DNA of 10,580 nucleotides from Microcystaceae cyanobacterium (GTDB lineage: Bacteria > Cyanobacteriota > Cyanobacteriia > Cyanobacteriales > Microcystaceae): positions 1-10,580 of the forward strand of contig JBGTGT010000060.1 of the NCBI GenBank assembly GCA_041746575.1, written 5' to 3'. Below, piece after piece: positions 7,220-10,580 of this stretch. The position numbers and the translations under genes are program-made. The notes under the pieces are model-generated. The model searched no databases. It had not been told where the DNA came from and saw nothing but the letters and a program-made list of their open reading frames with translations. The stretch's first letter is position 1. Every line of letters begins with the position of its first letter.

Positions 7220-7945
7220 TTACTTTTTAGCAACCTGTCGCTTGAAAAAAGCACCAAATACTAAAGCTATTCCTGCCCCAAGAAGCGTGAGAGGTTGAGG
7301 TTCAGGAACAGCTTGGATTTCTCCCGCCGCTACAGGCAACGGAACCAAATATCCTCCCGTACCGTTGACCTCACCGTTTGTTCCGGCTCCAATTCCCCCA
7401 GCTACACTCCTGCCATGAATGACAATCTCACGGTTGACTAATGGAAATAAATCCTCAGCAGTGAAGGTAGGGTCAGAGAATAAAGCGTTGTTAGACAAAT
7501 CGTAAGTTTCACTAAAACTAATGGTTCCATTGGGGGCGGTTGGAAACGATTGATCGCTGGGCGACGACAACGGTAGAATGATCGGTCCATAGAAAGGCAC
7601 ACCTTCTCCAACTTCAATAAAACCGTCACCGTCAGTATCGGCTGAGGCAGGCGGCGTTTGTGAATCAATTGGGTTGCCCTCTCCTATGCCAGGTCCAGAG
7701 AACCGCCCGTGGATATGCTGCACATGTAGTTGATTGGGTTCTAACCCAGTCGCCGTGATGGTTACCTGTAAACTCGCTGGTACTCCCGTTATTTGATCGC
7801 TTAAGACCTTAAGTAGAGCTATCCCTGTTACCCCAGAATTGTTTAGCTCCATTAAATTGGCTTTAAATGTCGTTGCTGAGGCGGCTACAGCAGGTATTAA
7901 GGTAAGAGCCGCGCTTAATACAGTGATTCTGCAAAATGGCTTCAT
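7220..7945 (-). CDS. Secreted PEP-CTERM (cyanoexosortase substrate) protein with a Cu/Zn-SOD-like/CHRD-like domain
   Basis: Signal peptide (..LIPAVAASA|TT). Motifs GLEPNQLHVQHIHG, DTDGDGFIEVGE, REIVIHG and PVAAGEI. C-terminal VPEP, TM segment, FKRQVAKK. The ATG at 7945 has an SD-like GAGGA 8 nt upstream, so it is preferred over 7960. Confidence 0.88.
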   Translation of the reverse strand: MKPFCRITVLSAALTLIPAVAASATTFKANLMELNNSGVTGIALLKVLSDQITGVPASLQVTITATGLEPNQLHVQHIHGRFSGPGIGEGNPIDSQTPPASADTDGDGFIEVGEGVPFYGPIILPLSSPSDQSFPTAPNGTISFSETYDLSNNALFSDPTFTAEDLFPLVNREIVIHGRSVAGGIGAGTNGEVNGTGGYLVPLPVAAGEIQAVPEPQPLTLLGAGIALVFGAFFKRQVAKK

Positions 7946-7985
7946 GGGTATTATCCTCATAATTTTTGTTAAGCGTTTCTCTTAG

Positions 7986-8041
7986 ATGATGCTTCAACGC
8001 CAAAGCATTTTCAAGTTCAAAAGGGGCTCATTTTCTGCTCA
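7986..8041 (-). promoter_or_regulatory. Putative promoter of the PEP-CTERM gene with three phased direct repeats upstream of -35
   Basis: On the minus strand, TGAGC (8041-8037), TGAGC (8030-8026) and TGAAC (8019-8015) recur with an exact 11-bp period. They are followed immediately by TTGAAA (8014-8009), 17 nt, then CATCAT (7991-7986). Confidence 0.5.
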
Positions 8042-10126
8042 ATTTTCTAATCGGTTAATCTCTCGGTACCACAAAATTTCAACGACTCGGGCGGTTCCGG
8101 TTTTTAAATGACGACGAAAGGTACTGAAGGGCAAATCTAGAAGTTCAGCCGCCTTTTCTCGGGTTAGGGCAGGCTGTAAATAGCTGTGATAGAGTGCTCG
8201 GTAGTATTTTATCTCCCGGGGTGATGTTTGTAGAGACTCAATTACCGCTTTAAGTAGAGATTGTAAAGTAGCAATACGCTCTGCTGGCGCTGAAACTCGA
8301 TTCGCGACAAGCCATGACCGCAATAGCAGATTTTGAGAGAGGACATCGGGTCGAGAAAGATGATTGAGGGCTTCTCGCACTGCATTTACAAAGTCAGGGT
8401 GGCTTAAAACGATCAAAGGATCTTTTTCCAAAGAGGGTAAAATTGCTTGAGACGAGGCTGCTATCTCTCTTTGAGCGAGTAATTCTTGCCAGACTGCGGG
8501 AGGCACAACTCGCCAATCGTGTCCGTAAATTCCATAGCAGTGATCGCCTGCCCAAAAATCCGCTTCTGGAATCCGAGCGAGGTCGGCGTAGGCAAACAGG
8601 GCCGCCCAGAACTCGGGTTCCGCACAGGAAAAGAAGGTATATGCCAGCCCTAATGTATTCCGATGATACTGCACAAAAGTGATGAAAATTAGACTTTGGA
8701 GCGGGGAAACAGCTTGGTAAGTATCATGAACCATCCAAAAACGGAAGAAAGTTGCCCCTTCCCCAGAACGCAGGGGTGCATGATTGTTTAGATACTGCCA
8801 TGCTGCTGCTGTGCCTGGATCGGATTGCAACTCTTCAGCACTGGCTTGATGGAGCGCGAGCAGCAGGATAAAACCCACAGGTTGCTGCTGTGTATCTCGA
8901 AAAACCACGACTCCTTGAGGTTGCCGTTCTAACCAATAAGCGGCCAGATGTGCTGATGCTTCCCCCTCGTGCCTTGTTACCATTTCGAGTAAAATTGCTC
9001 GATCTGCTTCTTGCAAACTATCTGTCTTTAAACTGCTCGTCTCTTGCCAGATAAACCGAGGTCTAACATTTGGATTATCTCGGTGCAAGAAGATATAATC
9101 AAACAAAACTCGGTGCTGTTCGGGACCCTGAGTTTGCCCTAAACGGGTGGTGTAATAGGTACGAGCATGGGAGTGTAACTCGACGTACCTGTCAGGGTTT
9201 CGCCAACGGACATCGGCAATCAAGACTTCACGCACTAGGTCATGAGGGAAGACTCCCATTGACCCAGATTCGATAAAAGATAGTCCTCGCAACCACTCGA
9301 ATAAATAATGAACATCAAGCATTTTCAGCATTTTGGAGAGCAAGGCTTCAGTGGTGAAATGTACTAAAGCACAAGCTTCTAAAGCCATGCGATGAGAAAG
9401 GCTAGGCACTTCTTGGACAAATTTTTCCAGTAAGATTTTGACGACATCTGGTGCTGTACTTGGCTGAAAGTCCAAGTCTGGTCTCTGGCTGAAAACATCT
9501 ACAATCAGCGACAACGCTAGGGGATGTCCATGCGTAAAATCTAAAATAGCCTGGTGCTGAGCCAATGGAATTTTTCGCCGATTCAAGTAGACTCGACTTT
9601 CTTGAGAAGTTAAATTGCGTAGTGGCAGTGAGTGAATAAGTGCTTGCCAACCGGGATCGCCGCACCAAGCGGGAGCGGGAGGTTGACGACCTGCTAAAAC
9701 AATAAGTGTACTGATTGAAAGCTGAGGAATAAATATTTCATGAAGCCATTGGTCTAACGGTGCTAGGGTTTCGTAGGTGTCAATTAGAATCACTTGTCGA
9801 TTTGACTGAGAGCTAGAGCTAATGACCTCAATTGGTTTCTCTTCACTTAAGCTGATTACAGCGCAGCTCACTGCACTCAAAAACGATTCGGGTGTAGGTT
9901 CAAGACTGCGGGCATCTATATACGTTGCTGTAATTTGTAGTTGCTCACAAATCTCAACGAACTCCCTCAATAATGTTGTTTTACCGATGCCCCCGGGACC
10001 AAAGATGTGTAGTAAAGAGAAAGGGAGTTCTATGGCTACGAGCGCGGAGCGAAACAAACTTCGCTCATAAACTCGTCCAACGAATTGGCGCCGCCGCTCT
10101 GTCTTCAAACGTCTTGCTAAATTCAA
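8039..10126 (-). CDS. STAND/NB-ARC-like (AAA_16-type) ATP-binding protein with C-terminal helix-turn-helix; probable transcriptional regulator
   Basis: FVGR motif, Walker A GPGGIGKTT, Walker B ILIDTYE, sensor-1 AGR, GxP (GHPLAL), MHD-like PHDLVRE, and C-terminal HTH TREKAAELLDLPFSTFRRHL. TTG start, with an in-frame stop five codons upstream. Confidence 0.85.
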   Translation of the reverse strand: MNLARRLKTERRRQFVGRVYERSLFRSALVAIELPFSLLHIFGPGGIGKTTLLREFVEICEQLQITATYIDARSLEPTPESFLSAVSCAVISLSEEKPIEVISSSSQSNRQVILIDTYETLAPLDQWLHEIFIPQLSISTLIVLAGRQPPAPAWCGDPGWQALIHSLPLRNLTSQESRVYLNRRKIPLAQHQAILDFTHGHPLALSLIVDVFSQRPDLDFQPSTAPDVVKILLEKFVQEVPSLSHRMALEACALVHFTTEALLSKMLKMLDVHYLFEWLRGLSFIESGSMGVFPHDLVREVLIADVRWRNPDRYVELHSHARTYYTTRLGQTQGPEQHRVLFDYIFLHRDNPNVRPRFIWQETSSLKTDSLQEADRAILLEMVTRHEGEASAHLAAYWLERQPQGVVVFRDTQQQPVGFILLLALHQASAEELQSDPGTAAAWQYLNNHAPLRSGEGATFFRFWMVHDTYQAVSPLQSLIFITFVQYHRNTLGLAYTFFSCAEPEFWAALFAYADLARIPEADFWAGDHCYGIYGHDWRVVPPAVWQELLAQREIAASSQAILPSLEKDPLIVLSHPDFVNAVREALNHLSRPDVLSQNLLLRSWLVANRVSAPAERIATLQSLLKAVIESLQTSPREIKYYRALYHSYLQPALTREKAAELLDLPFSTFRRHLKTGTARVVEILWYREINRLEN

Positions 10127-10337
10127 CGATATAAAAACTCACGATGCTTCAAGGCTTCAAGTTTAAATCATTGACAGTCCGAAGGGATAACGCTAATTAT
10201 AAAGTTTTGTGTGTTTTTCTCGGAAGTGCTTAAGGTTTTCTTTAGAAATCGGCGATTACCTTTACCCAATTTTGAGCTTTAATAAGCAACGTGAAAAATC
10301 CAATTAAGAAATTTATCTCAAGAAAACATCGAAACAA

Positions 10338-10580
10338 ATTTGTCTAATTAAGTGTCTTTAATTCTTCCTCCCTTTCATGATCCATCTGCTCCAAAGTATC
10401 CCATACCAGTTGCATTAAGTCTTCTAATCCTAAACGCGCTACTGCTGAAATCCTGAGAATCGGATGAGCGGTTAAGCCTTTTAATTCTTGTTCAATGAAG
10501 TTAATATTCTCTATTTCAAGGGCATCTAATTTATTAATCGCAATGATTTGCGGTTTTTCTGTTAATCCTCGCCCATAAGC
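10338..10580 (-). repeat. Right arm of the 243-bp inverted repeat (partner 1-243)
   Basis: Reverse complement of 1-243, with differences at 10439 and 10418. Confidence 0.99.
10344..10580 (-). CDS. obgE: Second copy of the obgE 3' end (5'-partial in this window; a full gene or a fragment)
   Basis: Same 78 codons as 1-237 except ACG>GCG (ISAVTR>ISAVAR) and a synonymous CTA>TTA. Stop TAG at 10346-10344. Confidence 0.82.
   Translation of the reverse strand, partial: AYGRGLTEKPQIIAINKLDALEIENINFIEQELKGLTAHPILRISAVARLGLEDLMQLVWDTLEQMDHEREEELKTLN

Noticed and set aside
7220..7945. Calling the PEP-CTERM protein sodC
   Set aside because: It lacks the Zn-loop histidines, the disulfide cysteines and the catalytic Arg.
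7438..10070. ORF-track entries 7438-7668, 8443-8682, 9070-9276, 9402-9668 and 9822-10070
   Set aside because: Nested in or antisense to the PEP-CTERM and STAND genes, with no independent coding evidence.
8039..10126. Avs-type anti-phage STAND defence system
   Set aside because: No nuclease, protease, TIR or SIR2 effector and no long TPR sensor. The C-terminal HTH points to transcriptional regulation.
1..10580. Terminal inverted repeats of a transposon, linear plasmid or linear phage
   Set aside because: The repeat is obgE coding sequence and the interior is mostly chromosomal housekeeping genes. No transposase, integrase, terminal protein, protelomerase or replication gene is present.

Overview
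Chromosomal segment from a cyanobacterium, probably a unicellular Chroococcales-type organism (six perfect HIP1 GCGATCGC sites and a cyanobacterial-type PEP-CTERM tail). The whole window is bracketed by a 243-bp inverted repeat (1-243 / 10338-10580, 2 mismatches). This repeat is not a transposon end. It is the 3' end of the ribosome-associated GTPase gene obgE, present twice and pointing inward. Between the copies are two blocks. The first is a housekeeping block: anmK, a small 4-Cys protein, an orphan ABC ATPase, an HDAC-family deacetylase, a DUF4126 membrane protein and a class A PBP. The second is an accessory block. It begins at a truncated M14/succinylglutamate-desuccinylase-like gene remnant with an adjacent degenerate hairpin repeat, and it carries a STAND (NB-ARC-like) ATPase with a C-terminal HTH followed by a secreted PEP-CTERM protein with a Cu/Zn-SOD-like/CHRD-like His motif set. 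Phased 11-bp TGA(G/A)C repeats sit directly upstream of a plausible promoter for the PEP-CTERM gene. There are two main hypotheses: a ~10-kb segment invertible via duplicated obgE ends, and an uncharacterised STAND-HTH regulator / surface metalloprotein module. No recombinase, transposase, RNA gene or CRISPR array is seen. All protein family calls are by motif recognition, not database search.
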